Of a stretch of 64,000 bases of DNA, positions 1-15,000 are shown piece after piece; the stretch's first letter is position 1, and each line of letters opens with the position of its first letter. The translations under genes were made by a program, and so were the position numbers. The stretch is taken from assembly GCA_043228905.1 (NCBI GenBank), contig JBHGNT010000032.1:261332-325331 (forward strand), given 5' to 3'. This stretch comes from Azolla caroliniana. Its lineage: Eukaryota; Plantae; Polypodiophyta. The notes below the pieces were generated by a model that ran no database searches, was not told the origin of the DNA, and was given only the letters and a program-made list of their open reading frames with translations.

Positions 1-3000
1 TTTTCGTCATGTCTCTCGACCTGAGTTTCAAAATCTTGATTTTTTAATTCCATATCATAGCTAGCGTTTCAAGCTTCGATTTGCATGTTTGAACACAAAA
101 ATCGGATATCACACGAGCCAGGTATGAACATTTTAATTTACTCAAGGGCTCCTCTCAACTCCCTCCTCAAGTTTGCTATTTTCGTCATGTCTCTCGACCT
201 GAGTTTCAAAATCTTGATTTTTTAATTCCATATCATACCTCAGGTAGTTGGCTTCGATTCGCATGTTTGAACACAAAAATCCGATATCACACGAGCCAGG
301 TATGAACATTTTAATTACTTAAGGGCTCCTCTCAACTCCCTCCTCAAGTTTGCTATTTTCGTCATGTCTCTCGACCTGAGTTTGAAATTCTTGATTTTTT
401 AATTCCATATCATAGCTAGCGTTGTTAGCTTCGATTTGCATGTTTGAACACAAAAATCCGATATCACACGAGCCAGGTATGAACATTTTAATTTACTCAA
501 GGGCTGTTCTCAACTCCGTCCTCAAGTTTGCTATTTTCGTCATGTCTCTCGACCTGGGTTTCAAAATCTTGATTTTTTAATTCCATATGATAGCTAGCGT
601 TGTTGGCTTCGATTCGCATGTTTGAACACAAAAATCCGATATCACACGAGCCAGGTATGAACATTTTAATTTACTCAAGGGCTCCTCTCAACTCCCTCCT
701 CAAGTTTGCTATTTTCGTCATGTATCTCGACCTGAGTTTGAAATTCTTGATTTTTTAATTCCATATCATAGCTAGCGTTGTTAGCTTCGATTTGCATGTT
801 TGAACACAAAAATCCGATATCACACGACCCAGGTATGAACATTTTAATTTACTCAAGGGCTGTTCTCAACTCACTCCTCAAATTTGCTATTTTCGTCATG
901 TCTCTCGACCTGAGTTTCAAAATCTTGATTTTTTAATTCCATATCATAGCTCGCGTTGTTGGCTTCGATTCGCATGTTTGAACACAAAAATCCGATATCA
1001 CACGAGCCAGGTATGAACATTTTAATTTACTCAAGGGCTGTTCTCAACTCCGTCCTCAAGTTTGCTATTTTCGTCATGTCTCTCGACCTGGGTTTCAAAA
1101 TCTTGATTTTTTAATTGCATATGATAGCTAGCGTTGTTGGCTTCGATTTGCATGTTTGAACACAAAAATCCGATATCACACGAGCCAGATATGAACATTT
1201 TAATTTACTCAAGGGCTCCTCTCAACTCCCTCCTCAAGTTTGCTAATTTCGTCATGTCTCTCGACCTGAGTTTCAAAATCTTGATTTTTTATTTCCATAT
1301 CATAGCTAGCGTCGTTAGCTTCGATTTGCATGTTTGAACACAAAAATCCGATATCACACGACCCAGGTATGAACATTTTAATTTACTCAAGGGCTGTTCT
1401 TAACTCACTCCTCAAATTTGCTATTTTCGTCATGTCTCTCGACCTGAGTTTCAAAATCTTGATTTTTTAATTCCATATCAAAGCTCGCGTTGTTGGCTTC
1501 GATTCGCATGTTTGAACACAAAAATCCGATATCACACGAGCCAGGTATGAACATTTTAATTTACTCAAGGGCTCCTCTCAACTCCCTCCTCAAGTTTGCT
1601 ATTTTCGTCATGTCTCTCGACCTGGGTTTCAATATCTTGATTTTTTAATTCCATATGATAGCTAGCGTTGTTGGCTTCGATTCGCATGTTTGAACACAAA
1701 AATCCGATATCACACGAGCCAGGTATGAACATTTTAATTTACTCAAGGGCTCCTCTCAACTCCCTCCTCAAGTTTGCTATTTTCGTCATGTCTCTCGACC
1801 TGAGTTTCAAAATCTTGATTTTTTAATTCCATATCATAGCTAGCGTTTCAAGCTTCGATTTGCATGTTTGAACACAAAAATCCGATATCACACGAGCCAG
1901 GTATGAACATTTTAATTTACTCAAGGGCTCCTCTCAACTCCCTCCTCAAGTTTGCTATTTTCGTCATGTCTCTCGACCTGAGTTTCAAAATCTTGATTTT
2001 TTAATTCCATATCATAGCTAGCGTTTCAAGCTTCGATTTGCATGTTTGAACACAAAAATCGGATATCACACGAGCCAGGTATGAACATTTTAATTTACTC
2101 AAGGGCTCCTCTCAACTCCCTCCTCAAGTTTGCTATTTTCGTCATGTCTCTCGACCTGAGTTTCAAAATCTTGATTTTTTAATTCCATATCATACCTCAG
2201 GTAGTTGGCTTCGATTCGCATGTTTGAACACAAAAATCCGATATCACACGAGCCAGGTATGAACATTTTAATTACTTAAGGGCTCCTCTCAACTCCCTCC
2301 TCAAGTTTGCTATTTTCGTCATGTCTCTCGACCTGAGTTTGAAATTCTTGATTTTTTAATTCCATATCATAGCTAGCGTTGTTAGCTTCGATTTGCATGT
2401 TTGAACACAAAAATCCGATATCACACGAGCCAGGTATGAACATTTTAATTTACTCAAGGGCTGTTCTCAACTCCGTCCTCAAGTTTGCTATTTTCGTCAT
2501 GTCTCTCGACCTGGGTTTCAAAATCTTGATTTTTTAATTCCATATGATAGCTAGCGTTGTTGGCTTCGATTCGCATGTTTGAACACAAAAATCCGATATC
2601 ACACGAGCCAGGTATGAACATTTTAATTTACTCAAGGGCTCCTCTCAACTCCCTCCTCAAGTTTGCTATTTTCGTCATGTCTCTCGACCTGAGTTTCAAA
2701 ATCTTGATTTTTTAATTCCATATCATAGCTAGCGTTTCAAGCTTCGATTTGCATGTTTGAACACAAAAATCCGATATCACACGAGCCAGGTATGAACATT
2801 TTAATTTACTCAAGGGCTCCTCTCAACTCCCTCCTCAAGTTTGCTATTTTCGTCATGTCTCTCGACCTGAGTTTCAAAATCTTGATTTTTTAATTCCATA
2901 TCATAGCTAGCGTTTCAAGCTTCGATTTGCATGTTTGAACACAAAAATCGGATATCACACGAGCCAGGTATGAACATTTTAATTTACTCAAGGGCTCCTC

Positions 3001-6000
3001 TCAACTCCCTCCTCAAGTTTGCTATTTTCGTCATGTCTCTCGACCTGAGTTTCAAAATCTTGATTTTTTAATTCCATATCATACCTCAGGTAGTTGGCTT
3101 CGATTCGCATGTTTGAACACAAAAATCCGATATCACACGAGCCAGGTATGAACATTTTAATTACTTAAGGGCTCCTCTCAACTCCCTCCTCAAGTTTGCT
3201 ATTTTCGTCATGTCTCTCGACCTGAGTTTGAAATTCTTGATTTTTTAATTCCATATCATAGCTAGCGTTGTTAGCTTCGATTTGCATGTTTGAACACAAA
3301 AATCCGATATCACACGAGCCAGGTATGAACATTTTAATTTACTCAAGGGCTGTTCTCAACTCCGTCCTCAAGTTTGCTATTTTCGTCATGTCTCTCGACC
3401 TGGGTTTCAAAATCTTGATTTTTTAATTGCATATGATAGCTAGCGTTGTTGGCTTCGATTTGCATGTTTGAACACAAAAATCCGATATCACACGAGCCAG
3501 ATATGAACATTTTAATTTACTCAAGGGCTCCTCTCAACTCCCTCCTCAAGTTTGCTATTTTCGTCATGTCTCTCGACCTGAGTTTCAAAATCTTGATTTT
3601 TTAATTCCATATCATAGCTAGCGTCGTTAGCTTCGATTTGCATGTTTGAACACAAAAATCCGATATCACACGACCCAGGTATGAACATTTTAATTTACTC
3701 AAGGGCTGTTCTTAACTCACTCCTCAAATTTGCTATTTTCGTCATGTCTCTCGACCTGAGTTTCAAAATCTTGATTTTTTAATTCCATATCAAAGCTCGC
3801 GTTGTTGGCTTCGATTCGCATGTTTGAACACAAAAATCCGATATCACACGAGCCAGGTATGAACATTTTAATTTACTCAAGGGCTCCTCTCAACTCCCTC
3901 CTCAAGTTTGCTATTTTCGTCATGTCTCTCGACCTGGGTTTCAATATCTTGATTTTTTAATTCCATATGATAGCTAGCGTTGTTGGCTTCGATTCGCATG
4001 TTTGAACACAAAAATCCGATATCACACGAGCCAGGTATGAACATTTTAATTTACTCAAGGGCTCCTCTCAACTCCCTCCTCAAGTTTGCTATTTTCGTCA
4101 TGTCTCTCGACCTGAGTTTCAAAATCTTGATTTTTTAATTCCATATCATAGCTAGCGTTTCAAGCTTCGATTTGCATGTTTGAACACAAAAATCCGATAT
4201 CACACGAGCCAGGTATGAACATTTTAATTTACTCAAGGGCTCCTCTCAACTCCCTCCTCAAGTTTGCTATTTTCGTCATGTCTCTCGACCTGAGTTTCAA
4301 AATCTTGATTTTTTAATTCCATATCATAGCTAGCGTTTCAAGCTTCGATTTGCATGTTTGAACACAAAAATCGGATATCACACGAGCCAGGTATGAACAT
4401 TTTAATTTACTCAAGGGCTCCTCTCAACTCCCTCCTCAAGTTTGCTATTTTCGTCATGTCTCTCGACCTGAGTTTCAAAATCTTGATTTTTTAATTCCAT
4501 ATCATACCTCACGTAGTTGGCTTCGATTCGCATGTTTGAACACAAAAATCCGATATCACACGAGCCAGGTATAAACATTTTAATTTACTCAAGGGCTCCT
4601 CTCAACTCCCTCCTCAAGTTTGCTATTTTCGTCATGTATCTCGACCTGAGTTTGAAATTCTTGATTTTTTAATTCCATATCATAGCTAGCGTTGTTAGCT
4701 TCGATTTGCATGTTTGAACACAAAAATCCGATATCACACGACCCAGGTATGAACATTTTAATTTACTCAAGGGCTGTTCTCAACTCACTCCTCAAATTTG
4801 CTATTTTCGTCATGTCTCTCGACCTGAGTTTCAAAATCTTGATTTTTTAATTCCATATCATAGCTCGCGTTGTTGGCTTCGATTCGCATGTTTGAACACA
4901 AAAATCCGATATCACACGAGCCAGGTATGAACATTTTAATTTACTCAAGGGCTGTTCTCAACTCCGTCCTCAAGTTTGCTATTTTCGTCATGTCTCTCGA
5001 CCTGGGTTTCAAAATCTTGATTTTTTAATTGCATATGATAGCTAGCGTTGTTGGCTTCGATTTGCATGTTTGAACACAAAAATCCGATATCACACGAGCC
5101 AGATATGAACATTTTAATTTACTCAAGGGCTCCTCTCAACTCCCTCCTCAAGTTTGCTATTTTCGTCATGTCTCTCGACCTGAGTTTCAAAATCTTGATT
5201 TTTTAATTCCATATCATAGCTAGCGTTTCAAGCTTCGATTTGCATGTTTGAACACAAAAATCCGATATCACACGAGCCAGGTATGAACATTTTAATTACT
5301 TAAGGGCTCGTCTCAACTCCCTCCTCAAGTTTGCTATTTTCGTCATGTCTCTCGACCTGAGTTTCAAAATCTTGATTTTTTAATTCCATATCATACCTCA
5401 CGTAGTTGGCTTCGATTCGCATGTTTGAACACAAAAATCCCTCCTCTAGTTTGCTATTTTCGTCATGTCTCTCGACCTGAGTTTGAAATTCTTGATTTTT
5501 TAATTCCATACCATAGCTAGCGTTGTTAGCTTCGATTTGCATGTTTGAACACAAAAATCCGATATCACACGAGCCAGGTATGAACATTTTAATTTACTCA
5601 AGGGCTCCTCTCAACTCCCTCCTCAAGTTTGCTATTTTCGTCATGTATCTCGACCTGAGTTTGAAATTCTTGATTTTTTAATTCCATATCATAGCTAGCG
5701 TTGTTAGCTTCGATTTGCATGTTTGAACACAAAAATCCGATATCACACGACCCAGGTATGAACATTTTAATCTACTCAAGGGCTCCTCTCAACTCCCTCC
5801 TCAAGTTTGCTATTTTCGTCATGTATCTCGACCTAAGTTTGAAATTCTTGATTTTTTAATTCCATATCATAGCTAGCGTTGTTAGCTTCGATTTGCATGT
5901 TTAAACACAAAAATCCGATATCACACGACCCAGGTATGAACATTTTAATCTACTCAAGGGCTCCTCTCAACTCCCTCCTCAAGTTTGCTATTTTCGTCAT

Positions 6001-9000
6001 GTCTCTCGACCTGAGTTTCAAAATCTTGATTTTTTAATTCCATATCATAGCTAGCGTTTCAAGCTTCGATTTGCATGTTTGAACACAAAAATCGGATATC
6101 ACACGAGCCAGGTATGAACATTTTAATTTACTCAAGGGCTCCTCTCAACTCCCTCCTCAAGTTTGCTATTTTCGTCATGTCTCTCGACCTGAGTTTCAAA
6201 ATCTTGATTTTTTAATTCCATATCATAGCTAGCGTTTCAAGCTTCGATTTGCATGTTTGAACACAAAAATCGGATATCACACGAGCCAGGTATGAACATT
6301 TTAATTTACTCAAGGGCTCCTCTCAACTCCCTCCTCAAGTTTGCTATTTTCGTCATGTCTCTCGACCTGAGTTTCAAAATCTTGATTTTTTAATTCCATA
6401 TCATACCTCAGGTAGTTGGCTTCGATTTGCATGTTTGAACACAAAAATCGGATATCACACGAGCCAGGTATGAACATTTTAATTTACTCAAGGGCTCCTC
6501 TCAACTCCCTCCTCAAGTTTGCTATTTTCGTCATGTCTCTCGACCTGAGTTTCAAAATCTTGATTTTTTAATTCCATATCATAGCTAGCGTTTCAAGCTT
6601 CGATTTGCATGTTTGAACACAAAAATCCGATATCACACGAGCCAGGTATGAACATTTTAATTACTTAAGGGCTCCTCTCAACTCCCTCCTCAAGTTTGCT
6701 ATTTTCGTCATGTCTCTCGACCTGAGTTTCAAAATCTTGATTTTTTAATTCCATATCATACCTCACGTAGTTGGCTTCGATTCGCATGTTTGAACACAAA
6801 AATCCCTCCTCTAGTTTGCTATTTTCGTCATGTCTCTCGACCTGAGTTTGAAATTCTTGATTTTTTAATTCCATATCATAGCTAGCGTTGTTAGCTTCGA
6901 TTTGCATGTTTGAACACAAAAATCCGATATCACACGAGCCAGGTATGAACAGTTTAATTTACTCAAGGGCTCCTCTCAACTCCCTCCTCAAGTTTGCTAT
7001 TTTCGTCATGTATCTCGACCTGAGTTTGAAATTCTTGATTTTTTAATTCCATATCATAGCTAGCGTTGTTAGCTTCGATTTGCATGTTTGAACACAAAAA
7101 TCCGATATCACACGACCCAGGTATGAACATTTTAATCTACTCAAGGGCTCCTCTCAACTCCCTCCTCAAGTTTGCTATTTTCGTCATGTCTCTCGACCTG
7201 AGTTTCAAAATCTTGATTTTTTAATTCCATATCATAGCTAGCGTTTCAAGCTTCGATTTGCATGTTTGAACACAAAAATCCGATATCACACGAGCCAGGT
7301 ATGAACATTTTAATTTACTCAAGGGCTCCTCTCAACTCCCTCCTCAAGTTTGCTATTTTCGTCATGTCTCTCGACCTGAGTTTCAAAATCTTGATTTTTT
7401 AATTCCATATCATAGCTAGCGTTTCAAGCTTCGATTTGCATGTTTGAACACAAAAATCGGATATCACACGAGCCAGGTATGAACATTTTAATTTACTCAA
7501 GGGCTCCTCTCAACTCCCTCCTCAAGTTTGCTATTTTCGTCATGTCTCTCGACCTGAGTTTCAAAATCTTGATTTTTTAATTCCATATCATACCTCACGT
7601 AGTTGGCTTCGATTCGCATGTTTGAACACAAAAATCCCTCCTCTAGTTTGCTATTTTCGTCATGTCTCTCGACCTGAGTTTGAAATTCTTGATTTTTTAA
7701 TTCCATATCATAGCTAGCGTTGTTAGCTTCGATTTGCATGTTTGAACACAAAAATCCGATATCACACGAGCCAGGTATGAACATTTTAATTTACTCAAGG
7801 GCTCCTCTCAACTCCCTCCTCAAGTTTGCTATTTTCGTCATGTATCTCGACCTGAGTTTGAAATTCTTGATTTTTTAATTCCATATCATAGCTAGCGTTG
7901 TTAGCTTCGATTTGCATGTTTGAACACAAAAATCCGATATCACACGACCCAGGTATGAACATTTTAATCTACTCAAGGGCTCCTCTCAACTCCCTCCTCA
8001 AGTTTGCTATTTTCGTCATGTATCTCGACCTAAGTTTGAAATTCTTGATTTTTTAATTCCATATCATAGCTAGCGTTGTTAGCTTCGATTTGCATGTTTA
8101 AACACAAAAATCCGATATCACACGACCCAGGTATGAACATTTTAATCTACTCAAGGGCTCCTCTCAACTCCCTCCTCAAGTTTGCTATTTTCGTCATGTC
8201 TCTCGACCTGAGTTTCAAAATCTTGATTTTTTAATTCCATATCATAGCTAGCGTTTCAAGCTTCGATTTGCATGTTTGAACACAAAAATCGGATATCACA
8301 CGAGCCAGGTATGAACATTTTAATTTACTCAAGGGCTCCTCTCAACTCCCTCCTCAAGTTTGCTATTTTCGTCATGTCTCTCGACCTGAGTTTCAAAATT
8401 TTGATTTTTTAATTCCATATCATAGCTAGCGTTTCAAGCTTCGATTTGCATGTTTGAACACAAAAATCGGATATCACACGAGCCAGGTATGAACATTTTA
8501 ATGTACTCAAGGGCTCCTCTCAACTCCCTCCTCAAGTTTGCTATTTTCGTCATGTCTCTCGACCTGAGTTTCAAAATCTTGATTTTTTAATTCCATATCA
8601 TACCTCAGGTAGTTGGCTTCGATTCGCATGTTTGAACACAAAAATCCGATATCACACGAGCCATGTATGAACATTTTAATTTACTCAAGGGCTCCTCTCA
8701 ACTCCCTCCTCAAGTTTGCTATTTTCGTCATGTATCTCGACCTGAGTTTGAAATTCTTGATTTTTTAATTCCATATCATAGCTAGCGTTGTTAGCTTCGA
8801 TTTGCATGTTTGAACACAAAAATCCGATATCACACGACCCAGGTATGAACATTTTAATTTACTCAAGGGCTGTTCTCAACTCACTCCTCAAATTTGCTAT
8901 TTTCGTCATGTCTCTCGACCTGAGTTTCAAAATCTTGATTTTTTAATTCTATATCATAGCTCGCGTTGTTGGCTTCGATTCGCATGTTTGAACACAAAAA

Positions 9001-12000
9001 TCCGATATCACACGAGCCAGGTATGAACATTTTAATTTACTCAAGGGCTGTTCTCAACTCCGTCCTCAAGTTTGCTATTTTCGTCATGTCTCTCGACCTG
9101 GGTTTCAAAATCTTGATTTTTTAATTGCATATGATAGCTAGCGTTGTTGGCTTCGATTTGCATGTTTGAACACAAAAATCCGATATCACACGAGCCAGGT
9201 ATGAACATTTTAATTTACTCAAGGGCTCCTCTCAACTCCCTCCTCAAGTTTGCTATTTTCGTCATGTCTCTCGACCTGAGTTTCAAAATCTTGATTTTTT
9301 AATTCCATATCATAGCTAGCGTTTCAAGCTTCGATTTGCATGTTAGAACACAAAAATCCGATATCACACGAGCCAGGTATGAACATTTTAATTTACTCAA
9401 GGGCTGTTCTCAACTCCGTCCTCAAGTTTGCTATTTTCGTCATGTCTCTCGACCTGGGTTTCAAAATCTTGATTTTTTAATTGCATATGATAGCTAGCGT
9501 TGTTGGCTTCGATTTGCATGTTTGAACACAAAAATCCGATATCACACGACCCAGGTATGAACAGTTTAATCTACTCAAGGGCTCCTCTCAACTCCCTCCT
9601 CAAGTTTGCTATTTTCTTCATGTCTCTCGACCTGAGTTTCAAAATCTTGATTTTTTAATTGCATATGATAGCTAGCGTTGTTGGCTTCGATTTGCATGTT
9701 TGAACACAAAAATCCGATATCACACGAGCCAGGTATGAACATTTTAATTTACTCAAGGGCTCCTCTCAACTCCCTCCTCAAGTTTGCTATTTTCGTCATG
9801 TCTCTCGACCTGAGTTTCAAAATCTTGATTTTTTAATTCCATATCATAGCTAGCGTTTCAAGCTTCGATTTGCATGTTAGAACACAAAAATCCGATATCA
9901 CACGAGCCAGGTATGAACATTTTAATTACTTAAGGGCTCCTCTCAACTCCCTCCTCAAGTTTGCTATTTTCGTCATGTCTCTCGACCTGAGTTTCAAAAT
10001 CTTGATTTTTTAATTCCATATCATAGCTAGCGTTGTTAGCTTTGATTCGCATGTTTGAACACAAAAATCCGATATCATACGAGCCAGGTATGAACATTTT
10101 AATTTACTCAAGGGCTGTTCTCAACTCACTCCTCAAATTTGGTAATTTCGTCATGTCTCTCGACCTGGGTTTCAAAATCTTGATTTTTTAATTCCATATC
10201 ATAGCTAGCGTTGTTGGCTTCGATTCGCATGTTTGAACACAAAATTTACTGAAGGGCTCCTCTCAACTCCCTCCTCAAGTTTGCTATTTTCGTCATGTCT
10301 CTCGACCTGAGTTTGAAATTCTTGAGTTTTTAATTCCATATCATAGCTAGCGTTGTTGGCTTCGATTAGCATGTTTGAACACAAAAATCCGATATCACAC
10401 GAGCCAGGTATGAATATTTTAATTACTTAAGGGCTCCTCTCAACTCCCTCCTCAAGTTTGCTATTTTCGTCATGTCTCTCGACCTGAGTTTCAAAATCTT
10501 GATTTTTTAATTCCATATCATAGCTAGCGTTGTTAGCTTTGATTCGCATGTTTGAACACAAAAATCCGATATCACACGAGCCAAGTATGAACATTTTAAT
10601 TTACTCAAGGGCTCCTCTCAACTCCCTCCTCAAGTTTGCTATTTTGGTCATGTCTCTCGACCTGAGTTTCAAAATCTTGATTTTTTAATTCCATATCATA
10701 GCTAGCGTTGTTGGCTTCGATTCGCATGTTTGAACACAAAAATCCGATATCACACGAGCCAGGTATGAACATTTTAATTTACTCAAGGGCTCCTCTCAAC
10801 TCCCTCCTCAAGTTTGCTATTTTCGTCATGTCTCTCGACCTGAGTTTGAAATTCTTGATTTTTTAATTCCATATCATAGCTAGCGTTGTTAGCTTCGATT
10901 TGCATGTTTGAACACAAAAATCCGATATCACACGAGCCAGGTATGAACATTTTAATTTCCTCAGGGGCTCCTCTCAACTCCGTCCTCAATTTTGCTATTT
11001 TCGTCATGTCTCTCGACCTGAGTTTCAAAATCTTGATTTTTTAATTCCATATCATACCTCACGTAGTTGGCTTCGATTCGCATGTTTGAACACAAAAATC
11101 CGATATCACACGAGCCAGGTATGAACATTTTAATTTACTCAAGGGCTGTTCTCAACTCACTCCTCAAATTTGCTATTTTCGTCATGTCTCTCGACCTGAG
11201 TTTCAAAATCTTGATTTTTTAATTCCATATCATAGCTAGCGTTGTTGGCTTCGATTCGCATGTTTGAACACAAAAATCCGATATCACACGAGCCAGGTAT
11301 GAACATTTTAATTTACTCAAGGGCTCCTCTCAACTCCCTCCTCAAGTTTGCTATTTTCGTCATGTCTCTCGACCTGAGTTTGAAATTCTTGATTTTTTAA
11401 TTCCATATCATAGCTAGCGTTGTTAGCTTCGATTCGCATGTTTGAACACAATAATCCGATATCACACGAGCCAGGTATGAACATTTTAATTTACTCAAGG
11501 GCTCCTCTCAACTCCCTCCTCAAGTTTGCTATTTTCGTCATGTCTCTCGACCTGGGTTTCAAAATCTTGATTTTTTAATTCCATATCATAGCTAGCGTTG
11601 TTGGCTTCGATTCGCATGTTTGAACACAAAAATCCGATATCACACGAGCCAGGTATGAACATTTTAATTTACTCAAGGGCTCCTCTCAACTCCCTCCTCA
11701 AGTTTGCTATTTTCGTCATGTCTCTTGACCTGAGTATGAAATTCTTGATTTTTTAATTCCATATCATAGCTAGCGTTATTAGCTTCGATTCGCATGTTTG
11801 AACACAAAAATCCGATATCACACGAGCCAGGTATGAACATTTTAATTTACTCAAGGGCTCCTCTCAACTCCCTCCTCAAGTTTGCTATTTTCGTCATGTC
11901 TCTCGACCTGAGTTTGAAATTCTTGATTTTTTAATTCCATATCATAGCTAGCGTTGTTAGCTTCGATTCGCATGTTTCAAAACAAAAATCCGATATCACA

Positions 12001-15000
12001 CGAGCCAGGTATGAACATTTTAATTTACTCAAGGGCTGTTCTCAACTCACTCCTCAAATTTGCTATTTTCGTCATGTCTCTCGACCTGAGTTTCAAAATC
12101 TTGATTTTTTAATTCCATATCATAGCTCGCGTTGTTGGCTTCGATTCGCATGTTTGAACACAAAAATCCGATATCACACGAGCCAGGTATGAACATTTTA
12201 ATTTACTCAAGGGCTCCTCTCAACTCCCTCCTCAAGTTTGCTATTTTTGTCATGTCTCTCGACCTGAGTTTGAAATTCTTGATTTTTTAATTCCATATCA
12301 TAGCTAGCGTTGTTGGCTTCGATTCGCATGTTTGAGCACAAAAATCCGATATCACACGAGCCAGGTATGAACATTTTAATTTACTCAAGGGCTCCTCTCA
12401 ACTCCCTCCTCAAGTTTGCTATTTTCGTCATGTCTCTCGACCTGAGTTTCAAAATCTTGATTTTTTAATTCCATATCATAGCTAGCGTTGTTAGCTTTGA
12501 TTTGCATGTTTGAACACAAAAATCCGATATCACACGAGCCAGGTATGAACATTTTAATTTCCTCAGGGGCTCCTCTCAACTCCGTCCTCAATTTTGCTAT
12601 TTTCGTCATGTCTCTCGACCTGAGTTTCAAAATCTTGATTTTTTAATTCCATATCATACCTCACGTAGTTGGCTTCGATTCGCATGTTTGAACACAAAAA
12701 TCCGATATCACACGAGCCAGGTATGAACATTTTAATTTACTCAAGGGCTGTTCTCAACTCACTCCTCAAATTTGCTATTTTCGTCATGTCTCTCGACCTG
12801 AGTTTCAAAATCTTGATTTTTTAATTCCATATCATAGCTAGCGTTGTTGGCTTCGATTCGCATGTTTGAACACAAAAATCCGATATCACACGAGCCAGGT
12901 ATGAACATTTTAATTTACTCAAGGGCTCCTCTCAACTCCCTCCTCAAGTTTGCTATTTTCGTCATGTCTCTCGACCTGAGTTTGAAATTCTTGATTTTTT
13001 AATTCATATCATAGCTAGCGTTGTTAGCTTTGATTCGCATGTTTGAACACAAAAATCCGATATCACACGAGCCAGGTATGAACATTTTAATTTACTCAAG
13101 GGCTCCTCTCAACTCCCTCCTCAAGTTTGCTATTTTCGTCATGTCTCTCGACCTGGGTTTCAAAATCTTGATTTTTTAATTCCATATCATAGCTAGCGTT
13201 GTTGGCTTCGATTCGCATGTTTGAACACAAAAATCCGATATCACACGAGCCAGGTATGAACATTTTAATTTACTCAAGGGCTCCTCTCAACTCCCTCCTC
13301 AAGTTTGCTATTTTCGTCATGTCTCTTGACCTGAGTATGAAATTCTTGATTTTTTAATTCCATATCATAGCTAGCGTTATTAGCTTCGATTCGCATGTTT
13401 GAACACAAAAATCCGATATCACACGAGCCAGGTATGAACATTTTAATTTACTCAAGGGCTCCTCTCAACTCCCTCCTCAAGTTTGCTATTTTCGTCATGT
13501 CTCTCGACCTGAGTTTGAAATTCTTGATTTTTTAATTCCATATCATAGCTAGCGTTGTTAGCTTCGATTCGCATGTTTCAAAACAAAAATCCGATATCAC
13601 ACGAGCCAGGTATGAACATTTTAATTTACTCAAGGGCTGTTCTCAACTCACTCCTCAAATTTGCTATTTTCGTCATGTCTCTCGACCTGAGTTTCAAAAT
13701 CTTGATTTTTTAATTCCATATCATAGCTCGCGTTGTTGGCTTCGATTCGCATGTTTGAACACAAAAATCCGATATCACACGAGCCAGGTATGAACATTTT
13801 AATTTACTCAAGGGCTGTTCTCAACTCACTCCTCAAATTTGCTATTTTCGTCATGTCTCTCGACCTGAGTTTCAAAATCTTGATTTTATAATTCCATATC
13901 ATAGCTCGCGTTGTTGGCTTCAATTCGCATGTTTGAACACAAAAATCCGATATCACACGAGCCAGGTATGAACATTTTAATTTACTCAAGGGCTCCTCTC
14001 AACTCCCTCCTCAAGTTTGCTATTTTCGTCATGTCTCTCGACCTGAGTTTGAAATTCTTGATTTTTTAATTCCATATCATAGCTAGCGTTTCAAGCTTCG
14101 ATTCGCATGTTTCAAAACAAAAATCCGATATCACACGAGCCAGGTATGAACATTTTAATTTACTCAAGGGCTGTTCTCAACTCACTCCTCAAATTTGCTA
14201 TTTTCGTCATGTCTCTCGACCTGAGTTTCAAAATCTTGATTTTTTAATTCCATATCATAGCTCGCGTTGTTGGCTTCGATTCGCATGTTTGAACACAAAA
14301 ATCCGATATCACACGAGCCAGGTATGAACATTTTAATTTACTCAAGGGCTCCTCTCAACTCCCTCCTCAAGTTTGCTATTTTTGTCATGTCTCTCGACCT
14401 GAGTTTGAAATTCTTGATTTTTTAATTCCATATCATAGCTAGCGTTGTTGGCTTCGATTCGCATGTTTGAGCACAAAAATCCGATATCACACGAGCCAGG
14501 TATGAACATTTTAATTTACTCAAGGGCTCCTCTCAACTCCCTCCTCAAGTTTGCTATTTTCGTCATGTCTCTCGACCTGAGTTTCAAAATCTTGATTTTT
14601 TAATTCCATATCATAGCTAGCGTTGTTAGCTTTGATTTGCATGTTTGAACATTTTAATTTACTCAAGGGCTCCTCTCAACTCCCTCCTCAAATTTGCTAT
14701 TTGCGTCATGTCTCTCGACCTGAGTTTGAAATTCTTGATTTTTTAATTCCATATCATAGCTAGCGTTGTTAGCTTCGATTTGCATGTTTGAACACAAAAA
14801 TCCGATATCACACGAGCCAGGTATGAACATTTTAATTTCCTCAGGGGCTCCTCTCAACTCCGTCCTCAATTTTGCTATTTTCGTCATGTCTCTCGACCTG
14901 AGTTTCAAAATCTTGATTTTTTAATTCCATATCATACCTCACGTAGTTGGCTTCGATTCGCATGTTTGAACACAAAAATCCGATATCACACGAGCCAGGT

